Assembly (NCBI GenBank): GCA_965656495.1
Contig: CBFHKU010000002.1
Location: forward strand, 96,001-160,000
Origin: Coraliomargaritaceae bacterium
GTDB lineage: Bacteria > Verrucomicrobiota > Verrucomicrobiia > Opitutales > Coraliomargaritaceae
Direction of reading: 5' to 3'
Length of the DNA: 64,000 nt
In this document: positions 19,002-27,902 of the stretch, one piece after another
Layout: each line of letters begins with the position of its first letter
Position numbering within the stretch: position 1 is the stretch's first letter
The notes under the pieces: generated by a model
Seen by the model: only the letters and a program-made list of their open reading frames with translations
What the model was told of the DNA's origin: nothing
Database searches by the model: none
Made by a program: the position numbers and the translations under genes

Positions 19002-20336
19002 ATGAAATACACCGCCATCTTTACAGCCTTGCTAGCTGCTACGTCCCTGAGCTTCGGTAACCAAATCTCCGCAGACCAGCAGCAGTTCATCAAGAAATAC
19101 GAAAAGCAGAAAGCCATCACCGCTCCGGAGGAAGCTCTGCTGAATACGGACACGGAGCCGGACCTCAGCGAGGGCTTCACCGAGCTCTACAACGGCAAGG
19201 ACCTCAGCGGCTGGACCCCGATTGGCGGCCACTGCACCTTTGAGGCCACACCCGAAGCAATCGTTGGCAAATGCGTCAAAGGCTCCCCCAGCACCTACCT
19301 GAGCACAGATAAAAACGATTACACCGATTTCATCTTTACCGCAGAACTGAAATGGCTCGTCGACGGCAACTCCGGCGTGATCTTTCGCGGCACACCCAAG
19401 CCCACTAAAAATGGAGAGCCCACCGCCGTTGGCCCGCAAGCTGAGATGGAAGGTTTTGAAGGCCACAATGGTGAGCGTGGCTGGTCAGGTGGGGTTTATG
19501 CACAAGGCTATGGAGGATGGCTCTACCCTCTCTGGCTCGACGCACATGCGAAAGCACGCAAAGCACTCAAAAAAGACCAGTGGAACCGCATCACGGTAAA
19601 GGCTGTTGGCTCAAGCATCAAGACATGGGTCAATGGTGTTCCTGCCGCCAACTACACCGAACAGCATGGCTACAACAAAGGGTTCTTCAGTCTTCAAGTT
19701 CACTCTGGCACGAAAGGCGAAGTGCACTTCCGCAATATAAAAGTAAAAGAGCTCACCGATGGCTTCGAAGACCTCTTTGCGACAGGCGACTTCTCCAAAT
19801 GGACCAAAGTCAACGGCGACCCCGTAGCTAAGGGATGGAGCATTCACAACGGCGTCATCCAACGCAGTGGCATACGCCCTGGAGACATAATCACCCAGCA
19901 GCACTATGAAAACTTCGAACTGCGCTTCGACTGGAAGATATCCAAGGCCGGCAACTCAGGCGTCAAATATCGGACTCGCGGCAGCCTCGGCCTCGAATAT
20001 CAGGTGCTCGACGACGCGAAACACAAGGATCGTAAAAACCCGACACATCGAGCAGCCTCACTCTACGAACTAGTCGCGGCTCCAGAAAGCAAGCCACTCA
20101 AGCCCGTCGGCGAGTGGAACCACGCTCGCATCCTGGCCAAAGGCAACACCATTGAACACTGGCTTAATGGCGAGAAGGTCGTTGAAATTGCGGTTGGCAG
20201 TGACGACTGGAAAACGAAGTTCCAAAATAGCAAATATAAGAAGCACGAAGGTTTCGGCAGCTGGGCTGGCCCTATCCTCCTGCAAGACCACAACGACGAG
20301 GTTTGGTATCGAAACGTTCAAATCCGCGAACTGTAA
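19002..20336 (+). CDS. Secreted tandem DUF1080 (3-keto-disaccharide hydrolase-like) protein
   Basis: Signal peptide and two repeats with NSGV, WN.., LQxH and FRNIKVKEL / YRNVQIREL. Confidence 0.88.
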   Translation: MKYTAIFTALLAATSLSFGNQISADQQQFIKKYEKQKAITAPEEALLNTDTEPDLSEGFTELYNGKDLSGWTPIGGHCTFEATPEAIVGKCVKGSPSTYLSTDKNDYTDFIFTAELKWLVDGNSGVIFRGTPKPTKNGEPTAVGPQAEMEGFEGHNGERGWSGGVYAQGYGGWLYPLWLDAHAKARKALKKDQWNRITVKAVGSSIKTWVNGVPAANYTEQHGYNKGFFSLQVHSGTKGEVHFRNIKVKELTDGFEDLFATGDFSKWTKVNGDPVAKGWSIHNGVIQRSGIRPGDIITQQHYENFELRFDWKISKAGNSGVKYRTRGSLGLEYQVLDDAKHKDRKNPTHRAASLYELVAAPESKPLKPVGEWNHARILAKGNTIEHWLNGEKVVEIAVGSDDWKTKFQNSKYKKHEGFGSWAGPILLQDHNDEVWYRNVQIREL

Positions 20337-20420
20337 GAATCATCTTCAATCTTCAAGCACCACCGTGTCGACGGTTCCGTCCGTCACGAGGAATCCCTCA
20401 AGCACTCTCATCAGCTCCAA

Positions 20421-22049
20421 ATGCAAAACAACATCGAACAAATCCAATCCATCCAAAGCCGTGGCTTCCTCGGCAGACTGGCTGGCTACGCAAAACTGAC
20501 CGGCCCAGGCTGGGTGCAAGCAGCGGTCACCCTCGGTGGTGGCTCGCTCGTCGGCGCGCTCTACCTGGGCATCATTGGTGGTTACGAGTTCCTTTGGCTG
20601 CAACCACTCGCGATGCTGTGCGGCATCATCATGCTCGGGGCAATTTCCCATGTCACACTCTCCTGCAAAGAACGCCCCTTTCGTCTCATGCAGAAGAAAG
20701 TATCGCCGACGCTCGCCTGGAGCTGGCTCATCGCCACAGTGATTGCAGACACCGTATTCTGTGCCGCCCAGTTCTCACTCGGTCGCGGTGCATTAGAAGA
20801 CAACTTGGGCTTCACGCCCGGGCCCTACGTGATCACCGGTTCTTTGTTCGTAGTGGCACTCTTACTCATCGCGCTCTCACAGAAAAACGATCGAGCCTCC
20901 CGCATCATCGACAATTTACTCAAATCGCTGGTCGCAATCATCGTCCTGGCATTCATGGGGGTCGTCGTTACCCTGATAAAGAATGATGCCGTATCGTGGG
21001 GCAGCCTTTTCGCCGGCCTCATACCGGACTTCTCCGCGCTCTTTCGGCCAACCGATCAAATCGCAGCCGCCATCGCCACGACTGGCGAACATGCCGCTTA
21101 CTGGACAGAATATGTCACATCCGAGCAACGAGGTAAGATCATCGCCGCCTTTGGCACCGCTGTCGGCATTAACATGACCTTCCTACTCCCCTACAGCCTC
21201 AAGAAAAAAGGCTGGGGTAAAGCACACCGCCAACTCTCGCGTTACGACCTCGTATTGGGACTGTTCGTGCCATTCATCTTGGGAGCGTCTGCCCTCGTCA
21301 TCGCATCTGCGGCCTCCTTCCATGCCAAACATGCAGATGTGATCGCAGCAGATGGCACGCCCTTTCCGGAAATGGAAAAAGCCTATTACAAAGTGTTGGA
21401 TGGCAGCTTAGCCACACACAACGAGGCATTCCTCACACTGGACAGCACCGCAAAAAGCGCGGCACGCGCATCTGCTCCACTAGCAGAGAAGCAGCTAGCC
21501 GCCATGCTATCCAATCGCGACTCAGTCAATCTCGCGCAATCCCTTGAGCCCTTCCTGGGCAAATATGCACAGACCATTTTCGGCATCGGCGTGCTGGCCA
21601 TGGCAATCTCCACCTTGCTCGTTCACATGATGATGAATGGCTACGCGATCAGCGAAGCATTCAATAAAGTGGGTAATGCGAAAATATTCATCATCGGTGC
21701 ATCCATGCCAGCCATCGCGGGTTTCTTCTCCCCTTACCTCTGGAGTGGCGATGCCAAGGCCGCCATGGCGATCCCCGCCTCCGTCATCGCCACCACTCTG
21801 CTGCCGATTGCTTACCTCGCCTTCCTGCTACTGATGAACTCCAAGTCGGCACTGGGCGAAAACCTCCCCAAAAACCGCATGCTCATCAACACACTCATGG
21901 CGATCTCCGCAGGCGTCGCCACCTTTGCCTCCATCTGGGCACTCTACAACAAAGGCACCCCCGGTATCATCGGCATCATCGGCTTACTGATTCTTGCTGC
22001 CATGGGAGTGAGCGGATTCGCCTCAAAGAACAAATCATCAGCACAATAA
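20421..22049 (+). CDS. Nramp-related membrane transporter lacking the DPGN metal motif
   Basis: GPGWVQAAVTLGGGS, GYEFLWL and GTAVGINMTFLLPYS; about 11 TM helices. Confidence 0.7.
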   Translation: MQNNIEQIQSIQSRGFLGRLAGYAKLTGPGWVQAAVTLGGGSLVGALYLGIIGGYEFLWLQPLAMLCGIIMLGAISHVTLSCKERPFRLMQKKVSPTLAWSWLIATVIADTVFCAAQFSLGRGALEDNLGFTPGPYVITGSLFVVALLLIALSQKNDRASRIIDNLLKSLVAIIVLAFMGVVVTLIKNDAVSWGSLFAGLIPDFSALFRPTDQIAAAIATTGEHAAYWTEYVTSEQRGKIIAAFGTAVGINMTFLLPYSLKKKGWGKAHRQLSRYDLVLGLFVPFILGASALVIASAASFHAKHADVIAADGTPFPEMEKAYYKVLDGSLATHNEAFLTLDSTAKSAARASAPLAEKQLAAMLSNRDSVNLAQSLEPFLGKYAQTIFGIGVLAMAISTLLVHMMMNGYAISEAFNKVGNAKIFIIGASMPAIAGFFSPYLWSGDAKAAMAIPASVIATTLLPIAYLAFLLLMNSKSALGENLPKNRMLINTLMAISAGVATFASIWALYNKGTPGIIGIIGLLILAAMGVSGFASKNKSSAQ

Positions 22050-22056
22050 TTTTATA

Positions 22057-23103
22057 ATGAAATTCGGAATAATCGGAACCGGCATGATCGGTGGCTTCCA
22101 CGCCAAAGCGATCGCAGCGATGACAAGCGGCAGACTCATCGGAGCGGCGGATCGTGTGCTTGAACGCACACAGGCCTTTGCCGAGCAATACAACACCAAG
22201 GCCTACGACTCGGTCGAAGCCATGCTCGCAGATCCGGCAATTGACCTCGTCACCATCGGCACTCCGTCCGGCGCGCACTTCGATCCGGCGATGGCCGCGA
22301 TCGCTGCCGGCAAGCACGTCATCATCGAGAAGCCGCTGGAAATCACCACCGAACGCATCGATCAAATGGTCGCCGCGGCCAAAGCCAAGGGCGTCACACT
22401 CGCCGCCGTGCTCAACCGCCGCTTCCACCCGGGCATGGATGCCTTTAAAAAGGCCGCCGACGATGGACGTTTCGGTAAGCTCACCAACGCTTCCGCCTAC
22501 ATCAAATGGTATCGCGACCAAGCCTACTACGACTCCGCAGGCTGGCGTGGCACCTGGGCACTCGACGGCGGCGGCGCACTCATGAATCAATCGATTCACA
22601 CCATCGACGCCCTGCTCTACCTCGCAGGTCCGGTCAAATCGGTGCAGGCCAACACCGCCTGCCTCGCACATACCGACATCGAGGTCGAAGACATCGCCGT
22701 TGCGATCGTTGAATTTGAGAACGGCGCACGTGGCGTCATCGAAGGCAGCACCTGCACCTGGTCGAAAGACGGCCACCCGGCACGCGTGCAACTCTCGGGC
22801 ACCGAGGGCTCCGTGTTCCTCGCCGATGAAGCCTTTGAGATCTGGGACTTCATGAACGAGACCGAAGAGGACGAGCAAGTCCGCGCCCAATTCATGCATG
22901 GAGCCGACGCCGGCCTCGGCGCCAACGACCCAAGCGCCATCAACTTTTACCAGCACCAGCGCAACTTCGAAGAAGTCGTCAACGCCATCCAGGAAGGCCG
23001 AGAACCAAGCACCAACGCCGCGGAAGCCCGCAAGAGTGTTGAGCTCATTCAAGCTATTTATAAATCCGCTCAAAACGGCGGCGCCAAAATTGAACTCACG
23101 TAA
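22057..23103 (+). CDS. Cytoplasmic Gfo/Idh/MocA oxidoreductase
   Basis: GIIGTGMIG, TPSGAH, IEKP and WRGTWALDGGGALMNQSIH. Confidence 0.92.
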   Translation: MKFGIIGTGMIGGFHAKAIAAMTSGRLIGAADRVLERTQAFAEQYNTKAYDSVEAMLADPAIDLVTIGTPSGAHFDPAMAAIAAGKHVIIEKPLEITTERIDQMVAAAKAKGVTLAAVLNRRFHPGMDAFKKAADDGRFGKLTNASAYIKWYRDQAYYDSAGWRGTWALDGGGALMNQSIHTIDALLYLAGPVKSVQANTACLAHTDIEVEDIAVAIVEFENGARGVIEGSTCTWSKDGHPARVQLSGTEGSVFLADEAFEIWDFMNETEEDEQVRAQFMHGADAGLGANDPSAINFYQHQRNFEEVVNAIQEGREPSTNAAEARKSVELIQAIYKSAQNGGAKIELT

Positions 23104-23149
23104 CGCATTCAGATTATTCAGATTTCGTTCGTAGCTGCACGCTACGCCC

Positions 23150-23186
23150 CCACTTTCAAACCTTCCCACTTTCCCACTTTCATACT
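23150..23186 (+). repeat. Short 8-nt-period tandem repeat
   Basis: CCACTTTC-AAACCTTC-CCACTTTC-CCACTTTC-ATACT immediately before ATG 23191. Confidence 0.6.
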
Positions 23187-23190
23187 CTTT

Positions 23191-24060
23191 ATGCTCTTAA
23201 CAGGATTTACCGACGAAGCCGGACAAAGCCTTGAAACACAAATCAAGGCCACCCAAGCACTCGGTTGGAAGCATCTCTCCGCCCGCAGCATCGACGGCCA
23301 AAATATCCACGATCTGTCAGAAGACGATTTCAACCGAGTCGCCGATCAACTAGACCAAGCAGGCATTCAAGTCATCGAGTTCGGCTCACTCATTGGAAGT
23401 TGGTCGAAACCGATTGAGTCTGACTTTTCAATCACGCTCGGCGAGATCGAACGCGCTATCCCCCGCATGCAACGCTTGGGCACACAAATCGTTCGCATTA
23501 TGTCTTACGCTCAAAAACCTTGGGGCGAAGACCAGCAAGAAGCCGAACGTTTTCGTCGCCTACGCGAAATCGTGGAACGTTTTACTGACGCCGGCCTACA
23601 GGCGGCACATGAGAATTGCATGAATTGGGGCGGCTTCTCAGCACAACACAGCCTGCGACTCGTCGAGGAAGTGCCGGGGCTGAAGTTGATCTTCGACACT
23701 GGCAACCCCGTCTTCCAACGCGACCGCTCAAAGCCCGAGCCCTACCCGTGGCAGGATGCACTCGAATTTTATCAAGCGGTCAAAGAACACGTGATCCATG
23801 TCCACATTAAGGACTGCCTCCACCCTCCCCAAGGTAGCGAGGAGCCCGAGCGTTACACCCTCCCAGGAGAAGGTCAGTGCCGTCTCACAGATATTCGGAG
23901 CGCATTGAGTGTCGACGGCTACGACGGTGCCTACGCCATCGAGCCACACGTCGCGACTGTTTTTCACGCCAAAGAAGGCGAAGCGGTAGACCCGGAACAG
24001 TGCTACCAGAGTTATATCGAATACGGTCGCGCCTTCGAAGAACTACTCGTTACACCTTAA
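23191..24060 (+). CDS. Sugar phosphate isomerase/epimerase (xylose-isomerase-like TIM barrel, AP_endonuc_2)
   Basis: GFTDEA, HENC, IFDTGN, HVHIKD, PGEG and IEPH metal motifs. Confidence 0.88.
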   Translation: MLLTGFTDEAGQSLETQIKATQALGWKHLSARSIDGQNIHDLSEDDFNRVADQLDQAGIQVIEFGSLIGSWSKPIESDFSITLGEIERAIPRMQRLGTQIVRIMSYAQKPWGEDQQEAERFRRLREIVERFTDAGLQAAHENCMNWGGFSAQHSLRLVEEVPGLKLIFDTGNPVFQRDRSKPEPYPWQDALEFYQAVKEHVIHVHIKDCLHPPQGSEEPERYTLPGEGQCRLTDIRSALSVDGYDGAYAIEPHVATVFHAKEGEAVDPEQCYQSYIEYGRAFEELLVTP

Positions 24061-24308
24061 AAGAGTAATTAGGAGCGGTGTATCCGTTACTTTCGAACGT
24101 GACCCAATCGCCGCATTGGCGACCTAAAAAACGCGCACAAAGCCTTAATCGATAAAAATAAATCTGCTCCGCTTTAATTTTAACTCATCCGGACTGCTTC
24201 ACATCCGCCCTTAATCTGGCTTTGCTTATCGGCACATCCCCCAACTTCTGAATTCAGGTTTATTCAAGGTCTTAGGCGATAAAGAGAATCAGCGTCTGGT
24301 AGGTTCGA

Positions 24309-24373
24309 TTGGCGTAAAGCGTCACTGTTTTGGCGTAAAATACCAAGCCTTTCGTTTCATAAAATTATACCAT
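24309..24373 (+). promoter_or_regulatory. Regulon promoter cassette, copy 1
   Basis: TTGGCG(24309)-N15-TTGGCG(24330)-N7-CCAAG(24343)-N17-TTA-TACCAT. Confidence 0.8.
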
Positions 24374-24430
24374 TGCAGTATTATTTAGAGACGATCCTGC
24401 AAATGCAGACTCCCAACCCCTTTACCGGCC

Positions 24431-27400
24431 ATGCAAACGAACCCCTCCACCTCTACGTTTCTTCACAAGCCTTTTACCCTCATTGTAGTTGGGTCGCTAT
24501 TACTCGCGTCCATTGCGCAAGCACAAACCACGCTGGACTGGACTGGTCGCATCAGAGGTACTGACTCGGGTCCATGGTCCATTGGAATACAAAATACCGC
24601 CGGCACTCCCTCCTATGGCACTATCAGCGGAGGCGACATTCCGGGGTTGACTGGGTCCTTCAGCGAAACAGACGACGTTTCATTAACCCTCACCCTTCAG
24701 GGGCTCACCAATTTCAATCCAACTGATTTTACCAGCGGAACCTCGATACAAATTAATGGCAATAATAGTGGAGCTTCAATTGGTAGCAACGAGGGCATTC
24801 TGTTCACGCTGGATCTTTCAAATCTGGATGCGGACCAGGGGCTCGAGATCTCGGCATTCACCTCTAATGACAGCAGCTCCCTGACGATTTATTTTAACCA
24901 GGAGCGTATTAGCAACGCCGAGCAATTCAGTGGCCTCACCGCCATCGATGGCGATCAAATCGCCTTTGTCGCGGAAGCTGGCAGCGCACGCCTGCAAACC
25001 CTCACACTCGACATTGTTCCCTATACCCCACCAGTCCCCATCGAGCCGATTCAGACCTTGAACGCAAGCATCACGGACAGCATCACGGGATCAGACCCCG
25101 TCTCCAGTTGGGCAGACCAATCGGGCAACGGTAACAATGCGCTACCAGAGATCGGCAGCGTGGCTTACCCTAGCACTTCACTTTTTGCAAACGACAAACC
25201 CGGTATCGATTTCGGAAGTGGGCGCAATAGTATTGAGCTCTTCTCTGCCTCGGAGTCGGACGCTTGGCTCAATCAGTCGAGCGATTCGAACGGCTTTGCC
25301 ATCCTGGTCTCGTTCAAATGCGAAGAAATCGTAACGGGAGTCTTTAATGACCTCCTGGGTAATTCAACCGACGGCACTACAGGCCTGCAACTCGGCTACA
25401 CTGCAGGCGGACAGATTCAAGTAATCCTGGACGGAACCACTCTATCGGCCGACTCCTCTGCCAACATTCAAGCAGGCGGGAATGCTGTCGTAGCGGTCAA
25501 CTACGATGCCGCCACGAATACCCTCTCCCTCTGGAACTCCATTACCGGTGACTTGAAAAACGCAACTGTAAACGCAGCCGATTTTTCAACGAGTCAGCCC
25601 GTTACCGCCGGGAGTATCAATGCCCCTAGCCAATATATCAACGGGCTTATCGGAGCCATTCAAGTGTTTGATCAATCGCTCGACGAGGAGCTATTCGCGG
25701 ATAAACGCATCGCCTTCACGAGCGACTGGATTCACCGCCCCAACATTATTCTAATCTTTGTCGACGACATGCCCTGGTATGACACTCCGGTTGCCATGGA
25801 TGAGCGCATGCCGAACTCCTATCGTGCCGCCCTGCGTCGCCTCGAAATTGATGGTGTGCCCTACGAGTGGAACATCACGCGTCTCGCTGAGGAGGGCATG
25901 ACTTTCATGAATGGCTACGCGAGTGCACCTCAATGCACCCCAACTCGCGCATCCCTACAAACGGGCCAAACGACCGCCCGCAATAAAGTCGGGGTCAACG
26001 GTGCAAACTGGGGTGAATATAGAGAAACCATTAAAGTAGACGGTGTAGAAGTCCCCAACCCGTTTCCAGTCAAAGAGAATGGCATAGACTTTCCGCTGAA
26101 GGTGCCCATGATTCCTCAAGTCTTGGCACCATTGGGATACAAATGTGCGCATTATGGTAAATGGCATATCGAGCCCGCTCCAGATGTAGCTGGCTATGTC
26201 GCCAGTGATGGTAACACCAATAATGGCGAGGGCACCCCTGACGATCCTAACAATCCGAAGCAAATCACGCTGATAACCGATGATGCGATCAAATTCATTA
26301 CAAAGTGGCACGACGCCAAACACCCCTTCTATATACAACTTTCACACTATGCAGTCCACCGCGAATTCCAGTCGCTGGATACCTCTAAAGCGCTCTTCAT
26401 AAACGACGAAGCGGTCAACAGCAATCAGACAGACGCCACCTACTTAGGAATGGTCTACGACCTGGACCAAGCCTTGGGGCGATTGATGGCGCATCTTGAA
26501 TTGCTGGGAATTTATGACAATACCTACATCATTTTCACCGCTGATAATGGGGACCGTGCGAACGTATCATTCGATGAAATGAAGGAGCCCTTCTATGGAG
26601 ACAAATGGATGCTTTGGCAGCTTGGGATTCGTGTCCCACTCATTATCAGTGGCCCTGGTGTAGTCCAGGGTAGCCGGACTCCATTCAACGCGGTCACTTA
26701 CGATTTCCTTCCGACCTATTTCGAATGGGCCGGCGGCGATCCCAGCACGCTAGAAAATATCGACGGCATCAGCTTAAAAGGACTGCTCGAAGGCGAGAGC
26801 CAATCCGAGGAAAGAGTCAACCGCTCCCTCTACTTCCACTACCCACACTACCGAAACTCGATGCCCATGTCCGCCGTGGTCCAGGGCAAGTGGAAGCTAC
26901 TACGCGCCTGGGATGGAGAAATACGCATCGACGATCATCAGATCAGTGATCGTGACATGCTCTTTGATCTCTCAGTCGACCCCGGCGAATTTCACAACCT
27001 GAACAGCAATGATTCATCGCAAGAATTGAAGGATAAGGCGATCGAACTCGCCAATGATTTGGATATATACCTTGGGGGTGTCGAAGCCTGGACCCCTTTG
27101 GATAATTCAAACGCCTATAATGCGGACGGCGGTGCGACCTTCGACGCTTTAAAGCATGAATCAAACAACGAGTATTCGCTTTTTGAAGGCACACGTGGGT
27201 CTAATTCCGCACTCAAAGACCTCGACAAGTCCCCGATGCAGCACTGGTTCGACAACTGGGTTGTCGATATTGGCGACGCATCAAATGACTTTGAAGGCGA
27301 CGGCTTAACCAACCTCATGGAATATATCCTAGGAACCGACCCCACCGTAGCCGATGCCGAAAACAGTAGTGCGCTCCCAAGGATGGTCAAAAGCGACGAG

Positions 27401-27598
27401 GGAATCGAATTCCAATTCACCACTCGCTACAATCCCGGTGCAGTCTCCGCTAAAGCCCAGCATAAGCAGACGCTTGCCGACGACTGGGAGGACATTACCG
27501 CAACAACCATAGACTTGGGAGCGCTGTTGCAGACAGAGAGCGTTCCGGCACCAACCGGAGACTCCGGTTTCTTTCGCATCAAGATCACAACTCCGTAG
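24431..27598 (+). CDS. Multidomain secreted S1 sulfatase: two N-terminal beta domains (second LamG/ConA-like) + sulfatase + C-terminal module
   Basis: Signal peptide; VSSWADQSGNGN; RPNIILIFVDD, CTPTR, YGKWH; C-terminal DFEGDGLTNLMEYILGTDP...GFFRIKITTP. Confidence 0.88.
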   Translation: MQTNPSTSTFLHKPFTLIVVGSLLLASIAQAQTTLDWTGRIRGTDSGPWSIGIQNTAGTPSYGTISGGDIPGLTGSFSETDDVSLTLTLQGLTNFNPTDFTSGTSIQINGNNSGASIGSNEGILFTLDLSNLDADQGLEISAFTSNDSSSLTIYFNQERISNAEQFSGLTAIDGDQIAFVAEAGSARLQTLTLDIVPYTPPVPIEPIQTLNASITDSITGSDPVSSWADQSGNGNNALPEIGSVAYPSTSLFANDKPGIDFGSGRNSIELFSASESDAWLNQSSDSNGFAILVSFKCEEIVTGVFNDLLGNSTDGTTGLQLGYTAGGQIQVILDGTTLSADSSANIQAGGNAVVAVNYDAATNTLSLWNSITGDLKNATVNAADFSTSQPVTAGSINAPSQYINGLIGAIQVFDQSLDEELFADKRIAFTSDWIHRPNIILIFVDDMPWYDTPVAMDERMPNSYRAALRRLEIDGVPYEWNITRLAEEGMTFMNGYASAPQCTPTRASLQTGQTTARNKVGVNGANWGEYRETIKVDGVEVPNPFPVKENGIDFPLKVPMIPQVLAPLGYKCAHYGKWHIEPAPDVAGYVASDGNTNNGEGTPDDPNNPKQITLITDDAIKFITKWHDAKHPFYIQLSHYAVHREFQSLDTSKALFINDEAVNSNQTDATYLGMVYDLDQALGRLMAHLELLGIYDNTYIIFTADNGDRANVSFDEMKEPFYGDKWMLWQLGIRVPLIISGPGVVQGSRTPFNAVTYDFLPTYFEWAGGDPSTLENIDGISLKGLLEGESQSEERVNRSLYFHYPHYRNSMPMSAVVQGKWKLLRAWDGEIRIDDHQISDRDMLFDLSVDPGEFHNLNSNDSSQELKDKAIELANDLDIYLGGVEAWTPLDNSNAYNADGGATFDALKHESNNEYSLFEGTRGSNSALKDLDKSPMQHWFDNWVVDIGDASNDFEGDGLTNLMEYILGTDPTVADAENSSALPRMVKSDEGIEFQFTTRYNPGAVSAKAQHKQTLADDWEDITATTIDLGALLQTESVPAPTGDSGFFRIKITTP

Positions 27599-27720
27599 GT
27601 CAAACAGTTACCGCTGAAATTACTGGTTTGTTTTGGCGTCGCCAGACACTTGCATCCGCAAGGTCTATCCTTTTCTTAAAAATAACCAATGCTTACCAAC
27701 TCATTCACCCAGAATCCGAG

Positions 27721-27785
27721 TTGGCGGATTTCGCATTCCTTTTGGCGTATAAAACCAAGTAAATCACACTGCTATATGGGATGAT
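27721..27785 (+). promoter_or_regulatory. Regulon promoter cassette, copy 2
   Basis: TTGGCG(27721)-N15-TTGGCG(27742)-N7-CCAAG(27755)-N17-TGG-GATGAT. Confidence 0.82.
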
Positions 27786-27902
27786 AGCTAATTCATAAAA
27801 GCCACCACCCCAAGCCACGCTATTCATCAAAGACGAAGAAGCATTTTTTACTCAAGCTCCAGCGGCGCGGCAACTTCTCACGCAATTTTTAAATCTCACA
27901 CT

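Noticed and set aside
21976..23169. 397-aa antisense ORF (and similar shadows, e.g. 833..1429, 14945..15679, 53066..53866)
   Set aside because: They lie opposite or overlap well-supported genes and are explained by codon bias; no motifs were seen.
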